A stretch of DNA of 63,509 nt, counting the filler, from Licmophora abbreviata (Eukaryota), in the NCBI GenBank assembly GCA_900291995.1. It is 11 parts of 11 records of this genome, joined end to end, with 100 filler letters (N's around TTAATTAATTAA, not from the genome) between each part and the next. Parts side by side here need not be neighbours in the genome. Positions count along the whole stretch, not along the records: positions 62,257 to 63,509 come from OLMU01005642.1; 10 more parts are not named here. The stretch is one strand, 5' to 3'. A program made the position numbers and the translations under genes. A model generated the notes under the pieces. The model was not told the origin of the DNA. It searched no databases and worked only from the letters and a program-made list of their open reading frames with translations. The first letter of the stretch is position 1, and each line of letters opens with the position of its first letter. Below, one piece after another: positions 63,186 through 63,509 of the stretch.

Positions 63186-63509
63186 TCAGAAATCGTCTGC
63201 GTTGAGCATCCTGTCCAGCGCAGTCTCGAATTCCGTCACATCTACGGTGTAGGTCGCACGAAATGCATCGAAGGTGCTGTGAATAGGTGCGCTATGGTGA
63301 CCGAAAAGGTATCTCAGGTCCGTTCCGACCGTGCTGGCGATGTTGGAATAGGAACAAAACCCCGAATATTGCGGCACCAGCCAACTCAGCAACCGGCAGC
63401 CTTCGGTGCAAAACAGCGAATTTGCGAAAGCGGCACCTGACGGGCCCATGATGAACCGCGCCCCGGCAAATAACGCGACCTGTTCGCGAAAGGACAGGAG
63501 TTCGGGATA
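63186..63509 (-). CDS. Bacterial glycosyltransferase family 61 (DUF563) C-terminal fragment
   Basis: YPELLSFREQVALFAGARFIMGPSGAAFANSLFC. Confidence 0.75.
   Translation of the reverse strand, partial: YPELLSFREQVALFAGARFIMGPSGAAFANSLFCTEGCRLLSWLVPQYSGFCSYSNIASTVGTDLRYLFGHHSAPIHSTFDAFRATYTVDVTEFETALDRMLNADDF

Noticed and set aside
58952..63509. Recent HGT into the diatom chromosome
   Set aside because: Separated only by an artificial spacer; no junction evidence

Overview
The window is a concatenation of 11 contigs joined by ten artificial 100-bp spacers (44 N + TTAATTAATTAA + 44 N). Positions 1-58851 are nuclear DNA of a eukaryote with a secondary red-type plastid, almost certainly a diatom. 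The evidence is short GT-AG introns, signal peptide + Phe bipartite plastid-targeting presequences, a PsbU-like gene and diatom-type LRR proteins. Positions 58952-63509 are GC-richer, intronless bacterial DNA that looks alphaproteobacterial (inferred): tandem OafA-type acyltransferase-SGNH genes, an aldehyde dehydrogenase and a GT61 fragment. The most striking region is 1-13.6 kb. It holds five tandem, co-oriented genes for long, low-complexity repeat proteins that all have plastid-type presequences and share short peptide motifs (PY/FxxAMxxF(xxSGxDG), GLNV[KR]). Each is preceded by the same quasi-palindromic element CGTAGAAANCTAC. This is a candidate co-regulated cluster of plastid condensate, pyrenoid or scaffold proteins. 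The rest includes an ALDH22-like gene, a duplicated sulfotransferase unit, GT61, two mucin-LRR proteins, cystathionine beta-synthase, a giant pseudo-protease with five repeated domains, a ureide permease, a 2OG-Fe(II) oxygenase, pyruvate:NADP+ oxidoreductase, an HTTM-like protein, a FixL-like PAS adenylate cyclase, a SUMF2-like protein, DUF3007 and a PsbU-like protein. Five genes are broken by single-base indels in homopolymers, most likely sequencing errors.
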